Assembly: GCA_964486995.1 (NCBI GenBank)
Contig: CAZAOV010000003.1
Span: forward strand, 686-64,685
DNA: 64,000 bases
Source of the DNA: an uncultured Gammaproteobacteria bacterium
GTDB lineage: Bacteria; Patescibacteriota; Patescibacteriia; SG8-24
Direction: 5' to 3'
Shown here: positions 54,665-64,000 of the stretch, piece after piece
Layout: every line of letters begins with the position of its first letter
How positions within the stretch are numbered: the stretch's first letter is position 1
Made by a program: the position numbers and the translations under genes
The notes under the pieces: model-generated
What the model saw: the letters and a program-made list of their open reading frames with translations, nothing else
The model's database searches: none
Told to the model about the DNA's origin: nothing

Positions 54665-57600
54665 ATGAAGTACGCTGTATCCACCCGAACACATTGGGCG
54701 ATGCTTATTGTGCTGACGGTTGTTTTTGTATTTGTTTCATTTTTTACCTCAGTCGATTTGGTTCGCGCAGTAACGTATTGCCCCTATGACAGCACACAAG
54801 CGACCTGCGAATGTCCCACGTCCGGTCCTGGGGTGACCTGTATTGAGCCGCAGCTCTACGCCCAGGGTTCTTGCTACAACGATGTCCGGCCGTGCGCTTC
54901 GAATCAGCGCATGAATTGCGATACCGGCAGTTGCGTCTGTAACACGCCCGATTATCCGTGTTCCGGCTGTACCGCGGCTCAGACCACAGTGGGCGCGATT
55001 TGCGATCACCGTTCGACCGACGCTGGCGATTGTGCCGACAGCTCTGAATACACTAGCCAGTGCGGAGCATGGACTTGCCCTGCAGGTACGACTCTGTGTA
55101 ATTCTCCGGCCCCCGGGGTATGTGTACCCAACCGCACCTGTCCGCCGGGTATGACTTGGGACGTTTGTAGTGACACTTGCTCAACGTACTACGTTTTGAC
55201 CAATCCAACCCCAGAGGTTTCGCCACAGCCGGCCAACCCAGAAATCGAAGGTAATTTCACCGTGTTTGGTGACGATGCCGGAGAGGGTGATATCTACATG
55301 TCCAACGGCAAGGCATTGCGCGTGGACGGAACCGGTTCCACCACTCTGAATATCGGCAACTGGGGCGGCGGCGGCTTTTCGTTCGAGGCCTTTGGCTCAC
55401 TCAAGGCCGACGATATCACGACTGACACCGGCAACATTGATTCTACGACCGGCACTCTAAATCTTGGAGGCGGCGCATCTTCTAGCGGATGTACGGTTAC
55501 CACCGCTGGAGACTACAGCTGCAGCGGTGATTTTGTCGAAGCCGGTGCGCCACTATCGAACAAGTATTTGGCGTATGACAGTTACGTGCAGAGCAACAAC
55601 CCCTTCAGCCCCAAAGGAAAATTTTTCATCCCGGAAATTAATAACGGATTCTTTCGTGGTGAATCTAGATTTGCCGTAAATCATACTGGATTCGATCATT
55701 TCTGCTCGACCAATTATCTTTTTGATAACAATTATGAAAGTGGGTGCATCATCGGCACTGGCGGTGGACCTGCCGTAGTTACTATTGATTTGACGGCAAA
55801 AACTGAGTTTTCACCGACTTCAGGTATTGTCTATCCTCAAGGCTATATTTACTTCAACATAAATTATACATTTGGCATTCAGAGTGTTAGCGGTCGGATG
55901 TTTTGGTCGCACCCGTCTAATGGCACGTCTGGTTGGGTAACTCTGTCCGCAGAAGATGTTAGTGCAGCCAGTCAGTTACAACAGTGGAGGATGACTGTTC
56001 CGGCAGTTGTGAATTACGTCAAAAAATTTGAATTTACCATCGAAGCACTCCCCACTGCACCCAGTCCACCCAATCCGCAGCATAACGGCTGGATAACCGA
56101 GATTGAATACTTTCAGACGCGTCCAGCTGGCGCTGCTCCGTCGCTTTTTACAAAATACAAGGAAAATAGGACCTATTCGAATTTTTATTTAAATGATGCT
56201 GCCAATTCCCCGGTAGTGACGTTGGACACCTCAGGAAACATCGATGCGGAGGGAGATATTGGAGTGGGTGATGCGCTGTGCCTGCGCGGCGATTGTATCA
56301 CCGATTGGATGGATGGTTTTACGCCAGGCAGCTCTAGCGGTGATACGTTGCGCTGGAACGGCACCGATTGGATTGCGAGTTCCAATCTGACAAATACGGG
56401 TACGCGGGTTGGCATAGGCACGGATACCCCGGCGGGCGCGTTGGATGTTCATCCTGGAGGTGCGCAAACTGCTGGCGACTTGGTGGTCGATACTACCGGC
56501 AAGACAGTATACGTCGGTCGCATTAGCACCACGGGGGGCGACAACAGCAATTTCGTGTTTAGAGATCGGCTGGGCAACGCCAGATTTACGCTGTCCCCTG
56601 GCATGCATCGCTGGAATCCGGAAGTCGGACACATTATGCTGATGCCGTCATCTTCCTATGGTGTTGCGGTTGGTGCGGCAAATGCCGGTACAGCCAAACT
56701 ATATGTAAACGGCAGTCTCGGCGTTAATACCAGCAGTCCGGCATATGATGTCGACATTGACGGAGACGTACGTATCACGGGGCAGTTGATAGTTGAAGGT
56801 GGCGGCGTAATTGGCGGCAGTGGCACGGCTAATACCATACCCAAATTTACCGCCGGTTCGATAATTGGTAATTCTGCCATTACAGAATCTGGCGGAAACG
56901 TTGGTATCGGAGACGTATCCCCAGCCACCATCCTGGATTTGAATAATACCTATGGAGATCCCGGAACAGTTCCAAATAAAATCGCACTGTGGTATGGCGG
57001 AGCCAATAACTATATGGGTTTCGGTGTGAGTGGTGGTGATTTAGATTATTTCTCTCAGGGGAATCATCGTTTCTATACTCAGTACAATGGCACACCCGGC
57101 ACTGAAAAGATGGTGATTGCGGACAACGGTAACGTTGGTATCGGCACATCTAGTCCCGTGCTCAAACTTCAGGTCACGGGTGATATACAGGCCAGTGATG
57201 GAATAGGTTTTGGTGGTCTGTCCCCGGGATATGTTTTAGGCGGGAGGCCGTTTAGCATGGCTGGCCGGAGTCCGCAAGAAGATGCTGGTGCCGCCGTTTT
57301 GTTCGGTAGCGGTGCATACGGACCAAACTATATCGAATTGATGCGGCAAAGTTACGGGATTTTAAGCAATAGCCACATCTACACCACTGCCAATATCTAT
57401 TCGTATGGACATACATACTTAGGCGACGCAGCCACTGATACCGTTTTTTGGCGAAGTGCTAATAGTTACATATATAACGATCACAATTTCCGTGACGCTG
57501 TGACCGGCAGTACGATGTTGTATCTGGACAATGATACGCAATATGTTGGAGTCAATACCACTACGCCGACTCGAACCCTGTCGGTTGCTGGAGATATCGC

Positions 57601-60600
57601 GGTTGGCAGCAACCAATACATAACTGAGTATGGCGCTAGTCTCCGTGTCGGGAACCCCTCGGGATACGTGAGCATTACCCCGCAAAATACTAGCTATGCG
57701 CATTTTTACACTGATAGACCTAAATTCATTTTTAATAAGCCGATAGATGTTATCGGCGGTCGTTACGGCTCCTATACCGGTAACGTAATTTTAAGTGCTG
57801 GGAGCATTCGGGATGATTTGGTCATCGATAATGCTACCGGTGTCACCACCATCAATAATGGCTTGCGTCTGCCGACCGGTGCGGTGGCCGGTCATGCCCT
57901 AGTGTCAGACGCCAGCGGTAACGCTACTTGGCAGGCGTTGAGTGGAATTGGCGGCGGAGGTACACAGAATTACTTGCCGAAGTTTTCGGCGGCGACCACA
58001 TTAGCTGATTCCCAAGTTTATGATAACGGCTCAAATGTTGGTATCGGTACAGCCACCCCCGAGTATAAATTGGACGTTAATGGAGACATCGTTAATCGCG
58101 GCCGACTCTATCAATATACTCAGCTTGGCTCGTCAAACGCAGCACACGGCATCAGCTGGTATCAACCGAGTTACGTGACTTGGATTGACTACATGGCCGC
58201 ACCTGGTACGGTCAACGCACCAAATGGCACGCCGGCACCGGCCGATTCAGATAACGGCGTCACTCATTGGGCGCGTCGATTTAACATCGAAAATCAGGCG
58301 AACTTCGGCTGGGTGTTCGAATCCGGCACAAACAACGCCACACAGCCGAGCGTCAAGCTGTCCATTAACGCCGCTTCTGGAAACTTACATACAGTCGGCT
58401 CCGGTTATTTTGACGATAATGTCGGCGTGGGAACTACGACTCCTAGCGCACCATTGCATGTAGCATCAGCAGATTCGGCAAATCCGGGCATCCAGGTAGG
58501 TGACGGCAGTACCGGTCGAATTCAGATTGGCGTAAACGGCTGGTTTGATGATGGGACATATTTCAGCCCGATTGGCGGCAGATCACTCTATGTACGCTCA
58601 ACTACTCCGGCTACTTACATTTATTCTCCCAATATCTTTCTTGGTTCTACTACCGGTCAGTACGTTCGTGTACGTGACAATCAGTTGTTTGGCGACGATT
58701 GGGTAATCAATAATGGTTTCGGTGGCAATTGGGGGATCGGCACCATCACCCCGGCGTACACCCTAGATGTCAATGGGACCGTTCGTGTTACTGACTCGCT
58801 GATAATCGACGGCAGTAACGCCATTACCGACCCAGACGACACCAAGAACACCATGCTTGGCTATAATGCCGGTCAGAACATCACTACTGGCTGGGGTGTT
58901 ACATTGATTGGTGAATACGCCGGTGCCGAACACACGACCGCTTATGCCAACACATTCGTTGGTTATCAGTCCGGCGAATCGGTGTCGGGTGTGGGAAATG
59001 CAACTTCGAACGTGGTCATGGGTTTTCGCGCTGGTCGATGGCTTACGGGATCAGAAAATACTCTAATCGGTACCGAAGCTGGAGCCGGATATAACGCAGG
59101 AAGTTGTTGCGATTATGTTGGCGGAGAGAATTCTGGCTCAGAGAATACCTTTGTCGGTATTTTTGCTGGAAATCGCAACTCCACCGGCAGCTATAATGTT
59201 GGCCTGGGTAAGCATGCCGGGTACTACAATACCGTCGGTAACCTAAATACCTATCTTGGTTATCAAGCCGGCCTGTATCACCAGGGGAGTCAGAACATCA
59301 TTATCGGCGGGGATGCCGGGGCGCAAACGAGCGGCGATTCCAGTACCGGGAATAACCTAATCTTGATTGGCTACGGAATTCAGCCACGCACCACTGCCGT
59401 CAGCGATTATTTGAACATTGGCGACACTTTGTATGGTGATTTGGCTGCCGGACGAATTGGTATCGGGACAGCTGCTCCTGCCAGGGCGCTTGACTTAAGC
59501 AGTTCTGGCCAAATAACTTTCGGTAACAACGTGACCTTGGATTCGACCGCCGGTATTTATTGGTACAGCGGTTCTGATTACGGCATCTATCGCGGTGCCG
59601 GTGCTTGGTCGAGCCCTGACTATCGGCAACTGTACATGAAGTGGTCCACGGGCCTGGTTTTAGACGGAGGTAGCGCATACGGCAAGAGTGGCACCACTAT
59701 TCAGCCTGGCGCTGGAAATGTTGGTATTGGTACTTATCCCTCGGCGTATAAGTTAGATGTTAATGGTCAGGTAAACGGTACCGAGCTGTGTATCGCCGGT
59801 GACTGTCGTAGCGTTTGGCCCGGTGCCGGTGCGACGAGCGGATCTGGTGTGCAGTATGGCACGACGGTTTGGTCGGGCGGCAGCACCTTGACTTCGGTTG
59901 GCACCGGACAGCCCGGACAGCTGTATATTTCCAAAGGGGCTTCCGCATATCCAGAATTTGTCACGATGAGCGGTGATGCGACCATTTCTTCGACCGGTGT
60001 AGTGACTGTTGCAAACGGTTCACATACGCATAGTGCCGCTAATATCACATCAGGAATATTGGCGGTAGCCCGCGGTGGAACCGGCAGCAGCACCCTGAGC
60101 AATCTCATCACCCTTGGCACGCATACGACCGGCAATTACGTTAACGATATAACCGCTGGCACCGGAATTACGGTCAGTGGAGTGGCCGGCGAAGGCTGGA
60201 GTCCGACCCTTGCGGTGGACGAGGGTGCATTAACCCTCGGTAACATCGGCGGCTCGCTGTCATTGGGAACTAAGACCAGTGGAGACTACGTTGCGTCACT
60301 GATTGCCGGTAGTGGGGTAACCATAACTGGCGGGACGGGTGAAGGTTCCACCCCCACCATCAGCGTGAGCGGTGGCGCAGTGCCAAGCGGACCGGCCGGC
60401 GGAGACTTAAACGGCAACTATCCTAATCCGCAGGTTGATAACAATTCACATACGCACATTTCCAGCAATATTACCGGCTCTGCGGCTGGGCAGTTTATGG
60501 TTTCAAATTCATCAAATGTTCCTACATGGGTAAGTATGAGTGGTGACGCTTCGATGAATTCCGCTGGGAGTGTAACCGTGAGTAACAACTCACACGTCCA

Positions 60601-62386
60601 TACATTGGGGTCATACACCACCGGTGATTATGTCGAGGGCTTGGTTGCCGGCTCCGGAATTAGCATTACTGGAAGCGGTGGTGAGGGTTCGCTTCCGGTC
60701 ATTACTGCCACTGGTGCCCCGCCGTCCGGTAGCGCTGGCGGTGATTTGAGTGGCAGTTATCCTAACCCACAAGTTAATAATAATTCCCACTACCACGTGG
60801 ACTCAAATATCTACGGAGGTGCCAGCGGTCAGGTGCTGATTGCCGACAATAGCGGATACGGTGATTGGAGAACCGTGGGCGGGGACGCGAGCATCAACTA
60901 TGTGGGTACATTGACCATCAATTCCAATGCTGTGGACTTAGGCGGAAACACTACCGGAGACTATGTTAAAGGTCTGCAGGCCGGCTCCGGCATCAGCATC
61001 AGCGGCAGCGGCGGCGAAGGCTCCAGTCCGATTATTAGCTCTACAATCAGTAGTCCGTGGTCGGTCAGCGGTTCAAATGTATATCGTAGTTCTGGCATGG
61101 TCGGAATACTGGACTCTTCACCGAGCTATCCGCTCGACGTCAATGGCATCATCCGTTCAACTAGCAGCATCTACGGAAACTACGGTTCATTCACCACTGG
61201 CTTGTCAGCCGGTACCGAATCATTATTCCTGGTCACCGATTCAAGTGGCCGGGTGGACGTCAATGGCACGTTTTGTATCAATAGTTCTTGTCGCACTACC
61301 TGGCCGTCTGCATCCAGCCCCTGGACCACCAGCGGCAGCAATGTCTATCGATCTTCCGGTAATGTCGGCATAGGCACGTCCGCGCCGTCGTATAATCTGG
61401 ACGTCTCCGGCACCGGACGTTTTACCGGAACAGTCTCGACCGGAGGTGCGAGCGTCTCTTCCTCTTACGGTATCCGCGCGCAGGGTTCAACGATGGGCGG
61501 TTACTTTAACGATACGGACGGTACTTATGTGTATATCGGTTACGGCACCAGTGGAATCTACACGCCCGGCGGAGCGTATTTTGGAGGTCCAGTCGGAATC
61601 AATACCTCGTCTCCAGTCGGTGATTTCCAGGTCATCGGTGACGCGAACGTAAGCGGCAGTCTGTTCGGAAATTTTGTATATGGCAACAGCGCCTCGTTTT
61701 CGGGAACCGTGGAAGGCGACGATTTCTTCTCGCCTGGCAACGCCGCCTTCGGCGGAGCGACAGCCAGCACCAGCTATGGGCTAAAGGCGCAGGGTTCTAC
61801 TATGGGCGGATGGTTTTATGACGAGGGCGGAACGTCAAGAACTTATCTGGCTTACGGTGGTTATGGGGTATATGTTTCGACAGGTAGTGCCGCAAAACCA
61901 GGTGGCGGCAGCTGGACATCTACCTCTGATAGGCGAACCAAGAAGGATATCAGTTCTTTTAACGGGGGGCTAGATCTTGTCGATCAGCTTAATCCCGTCA
62001 ATTACACATATAACGGCTTGGCCGAAACACCGGAGGGATTGGAAGGCATAGGGTTCATCGCACAAGATATCATGGATGTGACTCCGTGGATGGTGGAAAG
62101 CAACTCGATAAAGCTTCATCCGGAAGATGAAGAAGAAAGTGACGTATATTATGTTAATCCCAGTTCCCTGCCTTTCATAAATTTGAATGCTATCAAGGAT
62201 TTGAAGGCGCTGATTGATGATGAGAATGCCGAGTTGGCCTCTTTCAAGATTGACACCGATGGTCGTATGGTTGAGGTGGAAGCGGCGGTGCGGAAGTTGG
62301 AGGAAGAAAATGTAGAGTTAAAAGCTAAGACCGAAGAATTGGAACAGCGATTACAGCAGCTTGAATGGCAGATGTTGAGCAACTAG
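54665..62386 (+). CDS. 2573-aa secreted/surface fibre protein: signal/TM, an N-terminal Cys-rich module of about 150 aa, a long Gly/Thr/Ser-rich beta-helix-like region with phage tail-fibre-type repeats, then a C-terminal Peptidase_S74 (endosialidase-type intramolecular chaperone) domain and a coiled-coil tail
   Basis: N-terminus MKYAVSTRTHWAMLIVLTVVFVFVSFF. About 30 Cys in residues 40-190. Recurrent GNVGIGT..P...LDVNG units (at least 7 copies). Three C(I/L).GDC(R/I)(S/T).W motifs. Recurrent NNSH.H and GDYV..L.AGSGI.I.G units. C-terminal TSDRRTKKDISSFNGGLDLVDQLNPVNYTYNG...GIGFIAQDIMDVTPWMV matches the S74 autoproteolytic chaperone signature (S-D-R-x-K...Y.Y...G.IAQE). Confidence 0.8.
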   Translation: MKYAVSTRTHWAMLIVLTVVFVFVSFFTSVDLVRAVTYCPYDSTQATCECPTSGPGVTCIEPQLYAQGSCYNDVRPCASNQRMNCDTGSCVCNTPDYPCSGCTAAQTTVGAICDHRSTDAGDCADSSEYTSQCGAWTCPAGTTLCNSPAPGVCVPNRTCPPGMTWDVCSDTCSTYYVLTNPTPEVSPQPANPEIEGNFTVFGDDAGEGDIYMSNGKALRVDGTGSTTLNIGNWGGGGFSFEAFGSLKADDITTDTGNIDSTTGTLNLGGGASSSGCTVTTAGDYSCSGDFVEAGAPLSNKYLAYDSYVQSNNPFSPKGKFFIPEINNGFFRGESRFAVNHTGFDHFCSTNYLFDNNYESGCIIGTGGGPAVVTIDLTAKTEFSPTSGIVYPQGYIYFNINYTFGIQSVSGRMFWSHPSNGTSGWVTLSAEDVSAASQLQQWRMTVPAVVNYVKKFEFTIEALPTAPSPPNPQHNGWITEIEYFQTRPAGAAPSLFTKYKENRTYSNFYLNDAANSPVVTLDTSGNIDAEGDIGVGDALCLRGDCITDWMDGFTPGSSSGDTLRWNGTDWIASSNLTNTGTRVGIGTDTPAGALDVHPGGAQTAGDLVVDTTGKTVYVGRISTTGGDNSNFVFRDRLGNARFTLSPGMHRWNPEVGHIMLMPSSSYGVAVGAANAGTAKLYVNGSLGVNTSSPAYDVDIDGDVRITGQLIVEGGGVIGGSGTANTIPKFTAGSIIGNSAITESGGNVGIGDVSPATILDLNNTYGDPGTVPNKIALWYGGANNYMGFGVSGGDLDYFSQGNHRFYTQYNGTPGTEKMVIADNGNVGIGTSSPVLKLQVTGDIQASDGIGFGGLSPGYVLGGRPFSMAGRSPQEDAGAAVLFGSGAYGPNYIELMRQSYGILSNSHIYTTANIYSYGHTYLGDAATDTVFWRSANSYIYNDHNFRDAVTGSTMLYLDNDTQYVGVNTTTPTRTLSVAGDIAVGSNQYITEYGASLRVGNPSGYVSITPQNTSYAHFYTDRPKFIFNKPIDVIGGRYGSYTGNVILSAGSIRDDLVIDNATGVTTINNGLRLPTGAVAGHALVSDASGNATWQALSGIGGGGTQNYLPKFSAATTLADSQVYDNGSNVGIGTATPEYKLDVNGDIVNRGRLYQYTQLGSSNAAHGISWYQPSYVTWIDYMAAPGTVNAPNGTPAPADSDNGVTHWARRFNIENQANFGWVFESGTNNATQPSVKLSINAASGNLHTVGSGYFDDNVGVGTTTPSAPLHVASADSANPGIQVGDGSTGRIQIGVNGWFDDGTYFSPIGGRSLYVRSTTPATYIYSPNIFLGSTTGQYVRVRDNQLFGDDWVINNGFGGNWGIGTITPAYTLDVNGTVRVTDSLIIDGSNAITDPDDTKNTMLGYNAGQNITTGWGVTLIGEYAGAEHTTAYANTFVGYQSGESVSGVGNATSNVVMGFRAGRWLTGSENTLIGTEAGAGYNAGSCCDYVGGENSGSENTFVGIFAGNRNSTGSYNVGLGKHAGYYNTVGNLNTYLGYQAGLYHQGSQNIIIGGDAGAQTSGDSSTGNNLILIGYGIQPRTTAVSDYLNIGDTLYGDLAAGRIGIGTAAPARALDLSSSGQITFGNNVTLDSTAGIYWYSGSDYGIYRGAGAWSSPDYRQLYMKWSTGLVLDGGSAYGKSGTTIQPGAGNVGIGTYPSAYKLDVNGQVNGTELCIAGDCRSVWPGAGATSGSGVQYGTTVWSGGSTLTSVGTGQPGQLYISKGASAYPEFVTMSGDATISSTGVVTVANGSHTHSAANITSGILAVARGGTGSSTLSNLITLGTHTTGNYVNDITAGTGITVSGVAGEGWSPTLAVDEGALTLGNIGGSLSLGTKTSGDYVASLIAGSGVTITGGTGEGSTPTISVSGGAVPSGPAGGDLNGNYPNPQVDNNSHTHISSNITGSAAGQFMVSNSSNVPTWVSMSGDASMNSAGSVTVSNNSHVHTLGSYTTGDYVEGLVAGSGISITGSGGEGSLPVITATGAPPSGSAGGDLSGSYPNPQVNNNSHYHVDSNIYGGASGQVLIADNSGYGDWRTVGGDASINYVGTLTINSNAVDLGGNTTGDYVKGLQAGSGISISGSGGEGSSPIISSTISSPWSVSGSNVYRSSGMVGILDSSPSYPLDVNGIIRSTSSIYGNYGSFTTGLSAGTESLFLVTDSSGRVDVNGTFCINSSCRTTWPSASSPWTTSGSNVYRSSGNVGIGTSAPSYNLDVSGTGRFTGTVSTGGASVSSSYGIRAQGSTMGGYFNDTDGTYVYIGYGTSGIYTPGGAYFGGPVGINTSSPVGDFQVIGDANVSGSLFGNFVYGNSASFSGTVEGDDFFSPGNAAFGGATASTSYGLKAQGSTMGGWFYDEGGTSRTYLAYGGYGVYVSTGSAAKPGGGSWTSTSDRRTKKDISSFNGGLDLVDQLNPVNYTYNGLAETPEGLEGIGFIAQDIMDVTPWMVESNSIKLHPEDEEESDVYYVNPSSLPFINLNAIKDLKALIDDENAELASFKIDTDGRMVEVEAAVRKLEEENVELKAKTEELEQRLQQLEWQMLSN

Positions 62387-62444
62387 GATTTAGCTGCATA
62401 ATATATAGAAGACCCGTCGGGAAACCGGCGGGCTTTTTGAATTA

Positions 62445-62485
62445 TTATCCACAGAATAGGTGCCTGGCACCTATTCTGTGGATAA
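62445..62485. promoter_or_regulatory. 41-bp perfect palindrome TTATCCACAGAATAGGTGCCTGGCACCTATTCTGTGGATAA: two perfect inverted DnaA boxes flanking a 23-bp core. Second member of the family seen at 27755-27794.
   Basis: Read directly from the sequence. It lies between the terminator of the surface-protein gene (62411-62440) and cysS. Confidence 0.6.
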
Positions 62486-62548
62486 CGTAATCAGTCCAAG
62501 GGGCGATAACATTGCAGGGCTAAAAGTGCCGTGTTAGCATTCTTTTGT

Positions 62549-63979
62549 ATGCTAAAACTCTACGACTCATATACCAAAAAGAAGCGGACCTTTAAGCCAC
62601 TAAAGAAGGGGCAGGTTGCGATATATAACTGCGGGCCGACGGTTTACGGCAATATCCATATTGGCAACCTTCGTGCTTTTTTGTTCGCAGATATCTTGCG
62701 GCGGTACTTGGAACACTCTGGCTATGAGGTGACGCAGGTAATGAACATTACCGATGTGGGGCACATGTTGCAGGACGCGGACGAAGGCGAGGACAAGTTG
62801 GAAGTAGCGGCCGAGAAGGAAGGTAAAACTCCGCAAGAAGTGGCGGAGCATTACACGAAATCTTTTTTTCACGATATTGATCGGCTGAATATTCGTCGCG
62901 CACAGGTGTACCCCAAAGCGTCGGAGCATGTCGATGAGATGATAGATATTATTTCTAAACTGCTCGAGAAAGGTCATGCTTATAAGGTGAATCATGATGG
63001 GGGATTCAGCGTTTATTTTGACGTTTCGACCTTTGCGGATTACGGCAAGCTTTCCGGCAACAAGGTGGAAAAGTTAAATCCGGGCGCGCGTATTGAGGTG
63101 CGTGACGACAAGAGAAGTCCGGCCGATTTTGCGTTGTGGATTTACAATCCTAAACATGTGATGCAATGGGAAGCGCCTTGGGGAGCTGGATATCCTGGGT
63201 GGCATATCGAATGTTCGGCTATGGCCATGAAATATCTGGGCAAGACCATCGACATTCATACCGGCGGCGAGGATAATAAATTCCCGCACCATGAATGCGA
63301 AATCGCTCAGTCCGAGTGCTCGAGCGGCGTAGAGTTTGCGCGCTATTGGCTGCACGTTACGCACCTGATGTTCGAAGGCAAGAAAATGTCCAAGTCGCTT
63401 GGCAACGTGCATACTCTAGATAGCTTGATTGATAAAGGTTATGGCGCTCGCGAGATTAGATATCTGCTGTTGTCTTCGCATTATCGTCAGACGTTGAATT
63501 TTACTGAACATGGTTTAGAGTCTTCTCGGTCGGCGCTTGAGCGGCTAGATGCTTTCGCTGACGCTTTGTCGCGTTATGCCCACAAGAAGAAGGGGAGGGG
63601 GAAGGGGCAAGCTGTAGATGTGCTGAAGCAGTTTACCGCGGCGCTTGACGATGACATGAATATTGCCGAAGCTTTGGCCGCTTTGTTCGATTTCGTGAAG
63701 TCAGCCAATGACCGCATGAACAAAGAGGAAATGACCGAAGCAGAGAAAGAGGGCGCAGAAGAGTTGCTCGAGACCATCGGAAAGATTCTAGGCTTCACTT
63801 TTGGTCGGTCCTTGGACGACACCGATATCCCGCATAGCATTCGAGAAATGGTCGAGCGTCGCGAGCAGGCGCGCAAGAATAAGAGTTTCAAAGAAGCCGA
63901 TCGCATACGCGGTGAGTTGTTGGAAAAAGGGTTCGAAGTGGAGGATACTTCCGACGGGCCGGTTATTAAGAGAAAATAG
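62549..63979 (+). CDS. cysS: Cysteine--tRNA ligase
   Basis: CGPTVYGNIHIGNLRAFLFADILRRYLE (HIGH motif), Zn-binding Cys/His, KMSKSLGNV (KMSKS), and an anticodon-binding C-terminal domain. The track ORF starts at 62531; MLKLYDSY at 62549 is preferred. Confidence 0.9.
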   Translation: MLKLYDSYTKKKRTFKPLKKGQVAIYNCGPTVYGNIHIGNLRAFLFADILRRYLEHSGYEVTQVMNITDVGHMLQDADEGEDKLEVAAEKEGKTPQEVAEHYTKSFFHDIDRLNIRRAQVYPKASEHVDEMIDIISKLLEKGHAYKVNHDGGFSVYFDVSTFADYGKLSGNKVEKLNPGARIEVRDDKRSPADFALWIYNPKHVMQWEAPWGAGYPGWHIECSAMAMKYLGKTIDIHTGGEDNKFPHHECEIAQSECSSGVEFARYWLHVTHLMFEGKKMSKSLGNVHTLDSLIDKGYGAREIRYLLLSSHYRQTLNFTEHGLESSRSALERLDAFADALSRYAHKKKGRGKGQAVDVLKQFTAALDDDMNIAEALAALFDFVKSANDRMNKEEMTEAEKEGAEELLETIGKILGFTFGRSLDDTDIPHSIREMVERREQARKNKSFKEADRIRGELLEKGFEVEDTSDGPVIKRK

Positions 63980-64000
63980 AGTCTTGCTTTAAAAACAGTC

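Noticed and set aside
1-64000. CRISPR arrays, rRNA genes, prophage structural cluster
   Set aside because: No short direct repeats with regular spacing were seen. No rRNA-like conserved stretches were seen. The S74-domain gene is not accompanied by any capsid, portal, terminase or integrase genes, and the only integrase-like gene is the IS30 transposase.

Overview
This 64-kb window is gene-dense bacterial chromosome at roughly 50% GC (all GC percentages quoted below are estimates by eye; none were computed). It has long co-directional operons and CCA-encoded tRNAs. Gene content points to a small-genome, envelope-focused organism, plausibly Patescibacteria/CPR-like, but that is inference.

The housekeeping core is clear: hrcA-grpE-dnaK-DUF3467-dnaJ, ftsE-ftsX, yidC, cysS, a MurE-like ligase, pgsA, a PurC-PurE fusion, and three tRNAs (Thr-CGU, Gly-CCC, Gln-UUG).

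Three regions look accessory or unusual:
- A surface-glycan locus at about 10.7-22.3 kb: a GT4 glycosyltransferase, a WbaP-like initiating sugar transferase, then four tandem paralogous O-antigen-ligase (Wzy_C)/TPR membrane proteins.
- A horizontally acquired patch at about 30.3-32.6 kb: an IS30 element at about 70% GC, followed by an SPFH module of intermediate GC.
- A 7.7-kb gene encoding a 2573-aa Cys/Gly/Thr-rich surface protein built from phage tail-fibre-like repeats. It ends in a Peptidase_S74 intramolecular-chaperone domain. A DnaA box abuts its extended -10 promoter. This is my lead candidate for a novel host-attachment or surface system.

Other notable features are a non-canonical double operator upstream of hrcA (a CIRCE variant plus a second N9 inverted repeat), two families of repeated palindromic elements (one flanked by perfect DnaA boxes), conserved 3' trailers after two tRNAs, a triad of Cys/His-rich paralogs, and an AT-rich island with tandem TrmB-like regulators. 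No CRISPR array and no rRNA were seen.
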